A stretch of 64,000 nt of DNA. It comes from a virus (lineage: Duplodnaviria > Caudoviricetes). The notes under the pieces were generated by a model, which was not told where the DNA came from, did no database searches, and saw only the letters and a list, made by a program, of their open reading frames with translations. Position 1 is the first letter of the stretch, and the number at the start of each line of letters is the position of its first letter. This document shows, piece after piece, positions 46,040 to 55,721 of the stretch. The DNA lies in IMG/VR virus record IMGVR_UViG_2974513524_000001, positions 1-64,000 of that record; one strand, written 5' to 3'. The position numbers and the translations under genes were made by a program.

Positions 46040-48550
46040 GTGGAAGTAACTCAAAAAGATGACCACATTACCCATGCGGTAGCTGGTCAGCACGAATCCG
46101 TTGAAATGGGTATGAGTAGCAGTGCTGCACTCATGCACATCATGTCCGCAGCGTTGTATACGCACCCGGAGCTGGCAACTGTACGTGAGCCTATCTGCAA
46201 CGCTTGGGATGCTCACATCACTGCTGGCAAGACAGATCAACCCATCATTATCAATGTTACTGAGCGCGCTTTCAGCGTTCAGGACTTTGGTTCTGGTATC
46301 CCGCATCACAAGATCGGCCAGATCTATGGCACCTATGGTGACTCCACCAAACGTGAAGACAGCGATGTAACCGGTGGCTTCGGCCTGGGTTCTAAAGCCC
46401 CATTCGCGTACACAGACCTCTTTGAAGTGGTCTCGTGCAACGAAGGTACGAAGACTATATACCGTGTCTCCAAGTCGTCTATGGAGAAGGGTGGCAAACC
46501 AGCCATCCACAAGGTAGTAGACATGCCTACAGAGGACACGGGTATTACTGTGTCCTTTGGCTTGAAAGAAGGCCACCGTAGCAAGTTCCTGAAGCTGGTC
46601 AAAGAAGTGGTTGCACTTGGTGCAATCAAAGCTGTGATCAACGAAGGTGCTGACGACGTTGACATTCTTCCGCTAGAAGACAGTCCGACCGGCTACATCA
46701 TTAGCAGTGTATCAGGCACTGTTACTGACACGATCAACCTGCGTTATGGCAATGTGGTTTATCCCATCCCTTGCCGAGAGGAATATGCGCACGAGTTTAA
46801 GATCGTGATGAAATTCATGGACCATCTGTGGGGTGACGCCAATATCATTTTCATGGCTGCACCAAACACTGTGTCTATCGCACCAAGTCGTGAGAACTTG
46901 ATTCTCACAGACTGTACGGTAGCTACCATCAAGAAAGCTCTTGGTCAATTTGACCCTAAGCTGATTGAGCGAGTAGAAGAAACCAACAAGCAGAACCTCA
47001 ACCAGTTGCGTAACAAGACGTTGGAACTGGAAAAGATTCCTACGAGTTACTCTGACATAAACCAGGCAGTGACAATCGACATTACTGGTAAAGAAGGTAA
47101 GCGTCTTGGTTTGCTTCCATATGCCTATACGGTTAAAGAAGCACACCAACAGCAGTTCCTGCGCAACACTGACAAAGATGTTCCCACTGATCTCGCGTTG
47201 ATGCGTCGAATCAAGAAACTCGTTGACAGCCGCCAGTGTAACTCTGTGCTTGGTAAAGAAATCATCAAGTATTTGAAAGTTGAAAAGCGCCAGCTTGAAA
47301 ACTTTTATAAAGCACCTGTACGCGGTATGAAGCCTTCTCGCGTTATACGCAACAAAGAGGTAATCAACTCAGTTCGTAAGCATGTTTTCTTGCCAGTGTA
47401 TGAAGCCATCAAGGCTGAACCACGTGTAAGTAAAGATCGCTTTCAATGCGTTGAATCCTTCAGCTGGGGTGGCCCTACGTTCTGTAGACCAAAAGACTTC
47501 CGCATTAGCGATTACTCTACTGCGGCTGGCTTCCTGTTTCCTCGTGTGATTATTGGTACAACGAATGCGCGTATTGGTCAGTATCTGAAAGATCAGAACC
47601 AAAATCGTTATTCGCATGACCGTGATCATTCTTGGATGGTCTATCGCAGCTCTACGCAACCAGCTTCAATACAAGCAGCTGTGGATATGTTCCAGAAGCT
47701 TGGTTTCGAAGTGCATAACGTAGCTGTGGCGGCTGCACCACGTAAGAAGCTTGCTGACTTTGTTGGCCCTATGTTGCCTAGTGCACCAAAGGCTAAACCA
47801 AGGAAGAAGCTTCTGAGCTTGAATCAGAGCTATGACCGTAGTTCACGGACATACTTGCTCTCTACAGCTCGTGGGCATAAAGAGGGTGAATGTGAGAGCC
47901 CTCTGGCTTGGGTAATACTGCGTAGCAAATCAGCAGGTGGACCCGGCCCTAAACGTATTGGTTATATGAGCATCGAGCAGTCAGCAATTGTTCGTAAATT
48001 GCTAGGTGATCGCATTGCTGTGGTAACCAGTGCACAAGCTGACGCGCTTAAGTTAAAAGGAGTTGTTTCCGTGCAAGAAATGATCAACAAGTACGTTAAC
48101 GACAAAGTGGCTGAATCGCCATTGTTCAAACGTTATATGGCGTTTGGTTTCCATGCATCAGAGCGTTCTGAGTATGGAAACGGTGCTGATCAGCGTATCT
48201 ATAAGTTAATGCATCAGTTATCGGTGCAGAAAAATTTCATGGACAGTATCGGCCTGCGTTTCAGCGTGGATGCAGAAACTGCAATGCTGGTTAAGTTCAT
48301 GGAACACGAGGACGACGAATGTTTCCCAGCACTCGAAGAAGTGAAGAAACAGGTTAAGCCTCACGAAATGTTCACGAAGATGTATCAGCTGATTAAAACA
48401 TCTGAGTGGGCACCCTTTATCAACATGGGCGCGCTGGGAACAGCGTTGGAAATGGCTGGTAAAGATTTGAGTGAGGATTCTATCCCGCTCAAAATCATAC
48501 GGGAACTAGTCCCGTTCAAGAAACTCCACTCTCGACAGGTAGCTACCTAA
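46040..48550 (+). CDS. rIIA: rIIA-like protein (GHKL ATPase N-terminus)
   Basis: LYTHPELATVREPICNAWDA, DFGSGI, GGFGLGSKAPFAY motifs; paired with rIIB. Confidence 0.92.
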   Translation: MEVTQKDDHITHAVAGQHESVEMGMSSSAALMHIMSAALYTHPELATVREPICNAWDAHITAGKTDQPIIINVTERAFSVQDFGSGIPHHKIGQIYGTYGDSTKREDSDVTGGFGLGSKAPFAYTDLFEVVSCNEGTKTIYRVSKSSMEKGGKPAIHKVVDMPTEDTGITVSFGLKEGHRSKFLKLVKEVVALGAIKAVINEGADDVDILPLEDSPTGYIISSVSGTVTDTINLRYGNVVYPIPCREEYAHEFKIVMKFMDHLWGDANIIFMAAPNTVSIAPSRENLILTDCTVATIKKALGQFDPKLIERVEETNKQNLNQLRNKTLELEKIPTSYSDINQAVTIDITGKEGKRLGLLPYAYTVKEAHQQQFLRNTDKDVPTDLALMRRIKKLVDSRQCNSVLGKEIIKYLKVEKRQLENFYKAPVRGMKPSRVIRNKEVINSVRKHVFLPVYEAIKAEPRVSKDRFQCVESFSWGGPTFCRPKDFRISDYSTAAGFLFPRVIIGTTNARIGQYLKDQNQNRYSHDRDHSWMVYRSSTQPASIQAAVDMFQKLGFEVHNVAVAAAPRKKLADFVGPMLPSAPKAKPRKKLLSLNQSYDRSSRTYLLSTARGHKEGECESPLAWVILRSKSAGGPGPKRIGYMSIEQSAIVRKLLGDRIAVVTSAQADALKLKGVVSVQEMINKYVNDKVAESPLFKRYMAFGFHASERSEYGNGADQRIYKLMHQLSVQKNFMDSIGLRFSVDAETAMLVKFMEHEDDECFPALEEVKKQVKPHEMFTKMYQLIKTSEWAPFINMGALGTALEMAGKDLSEDSIPLKIIRELVPFKKLHSRQVAT

Positions 48551-50439
48551 TGTCCACAATCCGCATCATCTTTGCCGACTTGAATAAGCAAGAACTGCTT
48601 ATGTATCGTCAGGACGGCAGCAAAATCATCATTCACCAAGGCGATCCTCGTATCGCTGCACTGGTGGATAAAGTGTTCCCCGACATGCGCAAGCAGAACT
48701 ACTGCGATCTGCCAGAAGCTCTGCTGGACAAGTCGAACCCATTCAGCGACACCGAGAAGAAAATGAACGGCTTCGTTCGCTTCTTCAAGATGGCGAAGGC
48801 GAAGTTCGATGAAATCATTGGCAATACTAAGGAAGAGGTTAAACCAGACCTCCCACCTCAGAAAGCCGGTGACCTCAGCGCATTGCAGTCGATCCTGCAT
48901 CCTGTTGCACCCACTGTTAAAAAAGTGGTGAAGGACCAAAATGAGCCGGGTGATCAAGACCCGCTCACCAAGTCCGAACAGGCAGTAAAAGAAATCATGG
49001 CTCACGCCACGCCGTCGAGTGATCGTAGCTTCCAGGAAGAATCTGTTGGCACTCAAGCCACAGTGGCTGTACTGGAAGATGGTACGATCATCGAAAACGC
49101 TGACAAGCTGAAAGTGCAGCTGGAAGCGGTGAATGCCGGTTTGGCCAGCGAAACAGGGTTGAAAAACTTCCTGAATCGCATGGCTTCGGTAAGCCGTGCC
49201 CACAGCGCTCAAGACCTCCTGACCTTCATGGAAAAGGGCGAACTGCCCATTGCCGATGACGGTACGGTTCTGGTCTACAAGCGCCTGCGCAGCACCACAG
49301 CGAAAGGCGTATACGTAGACTGCTACAGCGGTAACGTGAAACAGAAAGTAGGCTCCCATGTCTTCATGGATGCCTCGCTGGTTGATCCAAACCGTAGCAC
49401 CGAGTGCAGTAGCGGTCTGCATGTGGCCCGACGTGACTACCTCACCGCCTTCAGTGGCGATATCTGTGTGCTGGCCAAGCTGGCACCAGAAGACGTGATT
49501 GCCGTGCCTCACGGTGACCCACGTAAGCTGCGTGCAAAGGGCTACCACATCATCGCGGTCCTCTCCCAAGAAGACCATGATCGTGTGGTGCGTAACCAAC
49601 CGCTGAAAGATGAAAACCTGCTGGGCAATGCCATTGCAGGTAATCACGTTGGCGTGTTGCAGACCGTGCAGATCACCCAGCACCGAGGCGGTGGTGTTAT
49701 CTACACCGACGTTGCTGGTAAAGCTGAGTTCGTCTCCGACGAATCGCTCAAGTCCAAGTCTCTCGATACCCTGCCAACTGAAGGCAAGGTAAACGTTGAC
49801 GCAGTGGCTGTAGCGAAAGCCGACGAGCTGTTCAAAGCTGAGCCAGCTGGCCCTGTAAGCGAGCCATTGGGCGTAGCTGAGCCTGTTCCAGAGCCGGTGT
49901 TTACCGAGGTTGCTCAAACCAAGGCAGCACCGAAACCAGCTAACAAACTGTACAGCTTGCTGGCAGCTTACGCTGATGCTGAACCTGGCTCTGTGGCCGA
50001 GCATGTCGCCGCGACTAAATTGGTGGACTTTAAAAAGTCTTCCCGTAAGTCGTGGACTGCATTGGGCGTCTCTTTGGATGTGCACAGTGCAGTGGTTGAG
50101 CTGGCTGCTAAGCCTTCTCCTGTTGAGGCTACCAAGCCTCAGAAGAAGACCAGCAAGCCAGTGAAGGCTAAACCAGCAGCTGCAAAGCCTGCTGCGAAGA
50201 AACCAAAAGCAGCGGCTAAGCCAGTAGTGAAAGCGACCCGCAACATCGGTCCTGTCACCAAGGTGACTGATACTCCGGCTGAAACTGTTCAACAGCTCGT
50301 TATTCGTGCTGTTAAGAACAAATCTCAGGCGCTTGCACTGCAAGCCTTCGAAGCTAAAAAAGCTAAGAAGAAAAGCTGGGATGCATTGGGCGTAGCACCA
50401 TCTGATGTGGTGACTCTGACCAAACTGGCCGGTAAGTAA
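48550..50439 (+). CDS. rIIB: rIIB-like protein
   Basis: LPIADDG.VLVYK..VDPNR..ECSSGLHV..PEDVIAVP motifs; Lys/Ala/Pro-rich tail. Confidence 0.92.
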   Translation: MSTIRIIFADLNKQELLMYRQDGSKIIIHQGDPRIAALVDKVFPDMRKQNYCDLPEALLDKSNPFSDTEKKMNGFVRFFKMAKAKFDEIIGNTKEEVKPDLPPQKAGDLSALQSILHPVAPTVKKVVKDQNEPGDQDPLTKSEQAVKEIMAHATPSSDRSFQEESVGTQATVAVLEDGTIIENADKLKVQLEAVNAGLASETGLKNFLNRMASVSRAHSAQDLLTFMEKGELPIADDGTVLVYKRLRSTTAKGVYVDCYSGNVKQKVGSHVFMDASLVDPNRSTECSSGLHVARRDYLTAFSGDICVLAKLAPEDVIAVPHGDPRKLRAKGYHIIAVLSQEDHDRVVRNQPLKDENLLGNAIAGNHVGVLQTVQITQHRGGGVIYTDVAGKAEFVSDESLKSKSLDTLPTEGKVNVDAVAVAKADELFKAEPAGPVSEPLGVAEPVPEPVFTEVAQTKAAPKPANKLYSLLAAYADAEPGSVAEHVAATKLVDFKKSSRKSWTALGVSLDVHSAVVELAAKPSPVEATKPQKKTSKPVKAKPAAAKPAAKKPKAAAKPVVKATRNIGPVTKVTDTPAETVQQLVIRAVKNKSQALALQAFEAKKAKKKSWDALGVAPSDVVTLTKLAGK

Positions 50440-50440
50440 C

Positions 50441-50713
50441 ATGAAGAAGCTCAACGAAGGTCAGCGTTTCACAACTGACCCCGTTGATGCCTCTCGCACT
50501 GCCTATGTAGTCGAGGAAAGTGATGTTGGTAAACAACAAATCAACTACCTCGGCTACAACCAAGCATACACATTTCAAAAGGACGACGTAGGTCGTCTGA
50601 TTGAAGTAGTACGCAATATGTCCCCAGGCAGCGTGAGTTGGTACTTCGGGTCAATGTTCTCGGAACTGCGTAAGCAGTATCCCGATCCAAAGCCATACAT
50701 TAAACAAGAGTGA
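50441..50713 (+). CDS. Hypothetical protein
   Basis: Tandem ORF; internal repeat YVVEESDVGK / YTFQKDDVGR. Confidence 0.65.
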   Translation: MKKLNEGQRFTTDPVDASRTAYVVEESDVGKQQINYLGYNQAYTFQKDDVGRLIEVVRNMSPGSVSWYFGSMFSELRKQYPDPKPYIKQE

Positions 50714-50904
50714 ATGGCATGAACTGGATTTTAGCGTTAATTGTCGTGTTTTCGATCGGTTTCGCCGCCGGTCGATACACACCCAACAGCGATATCTTGA
50801 ATGAGTGCGTCACCAAAGGTGAAACCACTCTGAAAGGTACTCGTATCTCCTGTAAACCAGTTGCTACCACGGTGGGCAACGAAGAAGTCGAGATCAAGCA
50901 ATGA
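50710..50904 (+). CDS. Small membrane-anchored protein
   Basis: Hydrophobic N-terminus; coupled. Confidence 0.6.
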   Translation: MNGMNWILALIVVFSIGFAAGRYTPNSDILNECVTKGETTLKGTRISCKPVATTVGNEEVEIKQ

Positions 50905-51215
50905 GCGAAATGGAACGTGTTCCTGAGAAGGTCGAAGATACTCCAGATGACCTGAAGTATCTTCATGACGCTGCTTTCAAGCAATTGCTGACAATAGCAG
51001 AGCAAATGGAAGTTTCGGTTGGTAATCGTATTGATTTCGATACGCAGACCACAGAAGCTTTTGTGTTCTTCCACTATGGCGACGGCACTCCCGACGAAAT
51101 CTTGGCCAAAGCGACTCACGAAAACCCAATCGAAGCAACCCGGCAAGCATTGCTGGCTACCGCCGAACTGCTGGAAGCTCGACAAGAAGCCAAGCAAAAC
51201 AAGACGTTGCACTAA
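50901..51215 (+). CDS. Hypothetical acidic protein
   Basis: ATGA-coupled ORF. Confidence 0.65.
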   Translation: MSEMERVPEKVEDTPDDLKYLHDAAFKQLLTIAEQMEVSVGNRIDFDTQTTEAFVFFHYGDGTPDEILAKATHENPIEATRQALLATAELLEARQEAKQNKTLH

Positions 51216-51565
51216 TGGAAGTCTTGTCTGATCGTCGGAATGAAATCATTCTGCGAATCCATGAACGTGTGGACGTAGTAGACACTGGTTTCGTACTTGA
51301 TGGTAAGGCAAGCCCTTGCCATCTGTGGACCGGTCCTGATTCAGGTACTGGTCGTGGTGGTGGCTACGGTCGAATGTCCTTGGGCAGTCAGACTGTAGCC
51401 GTTCACCTTGTTGTATTCACCCACTTCTACGGATACATACCCGGCAAGAAGCAAGTGGATCACAAGTGTAACAATCGCTTGTGCTGTAATCCTGCTCATC
51501 TTGAGCTGGTTACCCATCTCAAAAACCAACGACTTCGCGCTAAGCGTGCTAAGTCTGGATCTTAG
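51215..51565 (+). CDS. HNH endonuclease
   Basis: CHLWTG..GGYG..VDHKCNNRLCCNPAHLE. Confidence 0.9.
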   Translation: MEVLSDRRNEIILRIHERVDVVDTGFVLDGKASPCHLWTGPDSGTGRGGGYGRMSLGSQTVAVHLVVFTHFYGYIPGKKQVDHKCNNRLCCNPAHLELVTHLKNQRLRAKRAKSGS

Positions 51566-51641
51566 GCGCACTCCGTGCGCTTTTGCGTTGAATAGAACTG
51601 GTTAATTGTTAATCGGTATGTTCAGGCAGCCTCCGGCTGCT
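51566..51641 (+). promoter_or_regulatory. Two tandem C-TCC-G triloop hairpins upstream of the AAA ATPase
   Basis: GCGCAC-TCC-GTGCGC-TTTTGCG (51566) and GGCAGCC-TCC-GGCTGCT-TTTGTGCG (51625). Confidence 0.55.
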
Positions 51642-51704
51642 TTTGTGCGTTGTTAAAACTCAATTGCCAATTTCGGCACACTCTCGTTTGAAAGGAATAA
51701 GTCA

Positions 51705-53177
51705 ATGTCCCGTTCTGCCCCTGCTCTGTCCCGCAATCTGTCCGACGAAGACAAACGCGTCCAAGTTGCCGAAGTTGTTCACCACGAAGGTCAACTGGCG
51801 ATCCCGAACGGCATGTCCGTCCGCCAAGCCATCAACCTGCTGGAACGTCGCGAGAGCTATCTCGAAGAAGACGTGCAAGTTTCCCGTACCTTCAACGTCT
51901 TCCCGTGGGACGGCGCCAACGCCCTGAACATCGCGTTGAAGGACAAGTTCGGCTGGGCTGCTGCTGAAGCCACTCCTGGTTTCTTCGGCCCTACCCCTCC
52001 GAAAATGATCACCATCGAAGTCGGCTTCGGCATGACCCGCACCATCCCGTGGGGCCGTTTCAGCCTGCCCGGTATCACTGGTTTCCTGCAAACCGGCGCC
52101 AATCGCAAAGATGGCCGTGTGATCTTCGAATGCCATGCCATCGTCAAGCGTCAAGACGAAGCGACCATCGAAGACCTGTACGACCGCATCGGTGCGTACC
52201 TGAACGACAACAGCATCTACGCCGGTCAAGCGGTGAAGATCCGTTTCCGTGACGACGACGGCGACCTGCTCGACATGCCTGAACCCAAGTTCATGGACAC
52301 GTCGTTCATCAGCCGCGACATGCTGGTCTACTCGAAAGACGTGACCGAAGCCATCGAAACCAACTTGTTCGCTCCAATCGAGCGTATCAAGGACTGCGTT
52401 GCCAACGGCATCCCGGTCAAGCGTGGCGTTCTGCTGGGTGGCCCATACGGCACCGGTAAGACCATGGCTGCAACTGTTGCATCGCGTCTGGCCGTGGATA
52501 ACGGGGTTACCTACCTGTACATCCCACACGCCGACGAGCTGTCCGACGCCATCGAATTCGCGAAGCAATACGAGCGTAACGCTTGTGTGATCTTCTGCGA
52601 AGACATCGACCGCGCCATCAACGGCGAGCGTTCGGTAGCGATGGACGATATCCTGAACATTCTCGATGGCATCGACACCAAGAATGCTCAGATCATCACC
52701 GTCCTGACCACCAACCACCTGGAAAACATCAACCCGGCCATGCTGCGCCCAGGCCGTCTGGATGCGATCATCAACGTGAACGCCCCTGACGCCGAAGCAG
52801 TGCAACGCCTGATCCGCCTGTACGGCAAAGGCACCATCGCTGAAGAAACCGACCTGTCCGCAGCCGGTGAAATTCTCGATGGCGCTATCCCTGCCGTGAT
52901 TGCCGAAGTAGTTAAGCGTGCCAAGCTCGCTCAGCTGCGCCGTCAAGAGCCAGGCACCAAGGTCGAAAACATCACTGCTGAAGCGGTGGTGGACGCGGCC
53001 AAGTCGATGCAAAGCCAGATCGACCTGCTCAACGAGCAGTCGAAGAAGAAGCACATCGAACCTACGTTCAAGGACGTAATGGGCGATGCAGTTCTTCACG
53101 CGCTGGGCAAAGACGCCGGTGAGCTGTTGGCCCGTCAAGGCAAGCAAGTTGCTGAGTTGCACGAACGCATCATGTAA
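51705..53177 (+). CDS. Classical-clade AAA+ ATPase (FtsH/proteasome-type ATPase domain, no protease domain)
   Basis: RGVLLGGPYGTGKT, IFCEDID, LTTNH..AMLRPGRLD second region of homology. Confidence 0.9.
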   Translation: MSRSAPALSRNLSDEDKRVQVAEVVHHEGQLAIPNGMSVRQAINLLERRESYLEEDVQVSRTFNVFPWDGANALNIALKDKFGWAAAEATPGFFGPTPPKMITIEVGFGMTRTIPWGRFSLPGITGFLQTGANRKDGRVIFECHAIVKRQDEATIEDLYDRIGAYLNDNSIYAGQAVKIRFRDDDGDLLDMPEPKFMDTSFISRDMLVYSKDVTEAIETNLFAPIERIKDCVANGIPVKRGVLLGGPYGTGKTMAATVASRLAVDNGVTYLYIPHADELSDAIEFAKQYERNACVIFCEDIDRAINGERSVAMDDILNILDGIDTKNAQIITVLTTNHLENINPAMLRPGRLDAIINVNAPDAEAVQRLIRLYGKGTIAEETDLSAAGEILDGAIPAVIAEVVKRAKLAQLRRQEPGTKVENITAEAVVDAAKSMQSQIDLLNEQSKKKHIEPTFKDVMGDAVLHALGKDAGELLARQGKQVAELHERIM

Positions 53178-53194
53178 CTCACCCGCAACAACAG

Positions 53195-53226
53195 AAAAAG
53201 CCCTTCTTCGGAAGGGCTTTTTTTAT
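53195..53226 (+). terminator. Intrinsic terminator
   Basis: AAAGCCCTTC-TTCG-GAAGGGCTTT followed by TTTT. Confidence 0.9.
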
Positions 53227-53258
53227 TCGACACTCAGTTGCTAACAGGAGGCAACACC

Positions 53259-53630
53259 ATGCGACAAGTACGTAAAGGTAATGTCGGTCTTCCTCTAGCG
53301 GTTGTCGAGGCTTATATCAAAGCCATGGATAACCCTACAGACCCGGCGTCAGCGGAAGCAGCTGCGAATATGCATCGTGCAATTTTGCATGGTTATACGC
53401 AGATTCAACAAGGTGTAGAACAAGCCACACTGAAGGTATGCATTGGCAAGGTCGGTTACTTAGACCCTGACGATGTACGGCGTTTCCTGTCTAAAGAGAT
53501 CCCGCGCTTGACGCTGTATCGTGACAAGAAATCTCACCACAATATGCCGTTGTACTTCGCGCAGAAGCCTTCTTACTACAAGAAGAATCAGGCGCCGAAG
53601 ACGAAAGCCCCGGCCAAGAAAAAGAAGTAG
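53259..53630 (+). CDS. Hypothetical basic protein
   Basis: SD AGGAGG before ATG 53259. Confidence 0.7.
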   Translation: MRQVRKGNVGLPLAVVEAYIKAMDNPTDPASAEAAANMHRAILHGYTQIQQGVEQATLKVCIGKVGYLDPDDVRRFLSKEIPRLTLYRDKKSHHNMPLYFAQKPSYYKKNQAPKTKAPAKKKK

Positions 53631-53639
53631 GTAATTACC

Positions 53640-53840
53640 ATGGCCACTCAAGAAAAAGCTAAAACTCGTGATCAACGCCACTTGCGTATCACATCTGACA
53701 AGCTGCGTGCATTGCTGCATGAAGCCTGGAAGAAAGGTAACGATAGTTACCTCGACCACGCCAAGCCAGATGGCACCGACGAACGTTACGCCTATGTTGA
53801 TCAAGTGATGATCGACAAGGGCTATAAACGTCCAGAATAA
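53640..53840 (+). CDS. Hypothetical protein
   Basis: SD AGGT. Confidence 0.65.
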   Translation: MATQEKAKTRDQRHLRITSDKLRALLHEAWKKGNDSYLDHAKPDGTDERYAYVDQVMIDKGYKRPE

Positions 53841-53941
53841 ATTCATATCCCTCAGTTATGAGCTGGGGGATCTGATATTCATTTCAAAAGCATCAATTGC
53901 CTAAGATGGTGTTTTTAATATGAATATTTAACCAGCGGGGC

Positions 53942-54151
53942 ATGAATGTCCTGCTAAGGATTCTCATGCAGTCTAAAGAGATACCTACCGAGCCATTACC
54001 TATCCACGACACGATGGACAGTCTGCTTGGTGTAGTAAACCTAGCTTTAGCCAGTATTAAAACAGATACCCCAAACCAGATCACCACTATGTTGATGATC
54101 TATCACAATACCTTGCTCCACCTGTTAAAAGAGCAAGGCAAACTGAAATAG
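53942..54151 (+). CDS. Small hypothetical protein upstream of the gp24-like ATPase
   Basis: LMIYHNTLL motif; synteny with N4-like phages. Confidence 0.6.
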   Translation: MNVLLRILMQSKEIPTEPLPIHDTMDSLLGVVNLALASIKTDTPNQITTMLMIYHNTLLHLLKEQGKLK

Positions 54152-54162
54152 GAGCGTTACCC

Positions 54163-55230
54163 ATGTTTAAGAAGGAATTCCACGTTACTCTCAGTCAAGC
54201 AGCACAATTGGTTAAGGAATCCTTCCTTGCAAGTGTGGTGCCTATGCTGCGTGGTAGCCCAGGTATCGGTAAGTCAGCAATCATCCATTGGGTAGCCAAG
54301 GAGATGAACCTGCTGGTGATCGACGCACGTTTTGCGGGCTATGACCCAACTGACGTGAACGGATTCCCAGGTCTGGTTATCGAAGAGGGTATTGCAAAAT
54401 ACTACCCACTCGAAACCTTCCCACTGGAAGGCCAAGAACTGCCTATCAACCCACTCACTGGCGAGCAATATGCCGGTTGGGTTCTGTTCATGGACGAGTT
54501 CAACTCGGCTCCGCGAGCAGTACAGGCAGCTTCGTACAAGCTCGTACTGGACCGCATGGTTGGCCAGCGTAAGCTGCATGCTGCCGTGTACATGTGCGCA
54601 GCTGGTAACTTGGACAGCGACCAAGCCATCACTGAAGAAATGTCCACTGCGATGGTCAGCCGTATCTGCAACTTGCAGGTGAAGGAAGACCTGAAATCGT
54701 GGATGGAGTGGGCAAACCATGCCAACGTGGATACGTTGATTACCTCGTACTTGCAATTCCGCAAGGACAAGTTCTACACGTTCGATCCAGAAACCCCAGA
54801 TCGTCCGTTTGCATCGCCACGGACCTGGGAATTTACCCACAGCTACCTGAAGGTGTGGAAGGACAACAACGTCAACATCAAGGATCGTCTGCCAATCTTG
54901 GCTGGCTTGCTTGATGAAGCCGTAGCACTGGACTTCAAGGCATTTGCCATGATCCGTGACGGCCTGCCACGCAAGGAAGACATTCTGTCTAACCCTGCTA
55001 ACGCCATGCTGCCTTCTGACCTCGGACCACTGTATGCCCTTACAGGTGCATTGGCGGACTGGGCCAACGAAGACAACCTGCAACAAATCATCGACTACAC
55101 CAGTCGTATGACTCCATCCGACTTCCAAGTAGCCACGCTGCGTAGCATCAACGCACGTAATCCTCAGTTCTCCAACCACCCAGTTCTCACGAAGTGGATG
55201 ACGGATAACATGAGCAAGTTCTTGGGATGA
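54163..55230 (+). CDS. MoxR-like AAA ATPase, N4 gp24-like
   Basis: GSPGIGKS, LFMDEFNSA, AAGN, FASPRTWE motifs. Confidence 0.92.
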   Translation: MFKKEFHVTLSQAAQLVKESFLASVVPMLRGSPGIGKSAIIHWVAKEMNLLVIDARFAGYDPTDVNGFPGLVIEEGIAKYYPLETFPLEGQELPINPLTGEQYAGWVLFMDEFNSAPRAVQAASYKLVLDRMVGQRKLHAAVYMCAAGNLDSDQAITEEMSTAMVSRICNLQVKEDLKSWMEWANHANVDTLITSYLQFRKDKFYTFDPETPDRPFASPRTWEFTHSYLKVWKDNNVNIKDRLPILAGLLDEAVALDFKAFAMIRDGLPRKEDILSNPANAMLPSDLGPLYALTGALADWANEDNLQQIIDYTSRMTPSDFQVATLRSINARNPQFSNHPVLTKWMTDNMSKFLG

Positions 55231-55721
55231 GCCTGGACTGGAACAGCTACGTAGACGACAGCGAGGAGTTGAATATGCACATATTGGCAATACCAACCTC
55301 AGCTGTCAAAAGCGTAGAAGATCTGATCCCAGCAGCGCATAAGCAAGCAATCGTAGGTGATGTGACGTTGCTAGTTTTCTTGCCTCATAACGGTGGGGCA
55401 GACCGAATTGCTATAAAAGACCTGCTTGAGTTTGTTTTGAACGAGAGCATTTCGCACAACTATGTCTATTTCAACAGTAGATCGAAAATGCCTGATGCTG
55501 GACATTCGATACGGTACACCGCACAAGGTGAACTGGATGAAAGGCATGCCTTCTATGCAGACCCTGCTCTGCTTGAAGTGCTGGAACAACTGTTGAAGAA
55601 GGTTTACTTGGGTAAAGAGGTCTTACAGCTGGCCCACTGCTACGCCATGAATGCTGATTGGGACAACCATGAAGCCAATGGCAAGATGAACAAGATGCGT
55701 AAGCTCATAGGAGGCTTGTGA
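55227..55721 (+). CDS. Hypothetical protein inside the ATPase-VWA pair
   Basis: Coupled at both ends. Confidence 0.7.
   Translation: MSLDWNSYVDDSEELNMHILAIPTSAVKSVEDLIPAAHKQAIVGDVTLLVFLPHNGGADRIAIKDLLEFVLNESISHNYVYFNSRSKMPDAGHSIRYTAQGELDERHAFYADPALLEVLEQLLKKVYLGKEVLQLAHCYAMNADWDNHEANGKMNKMRKLIGGL

Noticed and set aside
48547-53162. 635-aa and 486-aa minus-strand ORFs opposite rIIB and the AAA ATPase
   Set aside because: Mirror the sense genes almost exactly; typical antisense shadows
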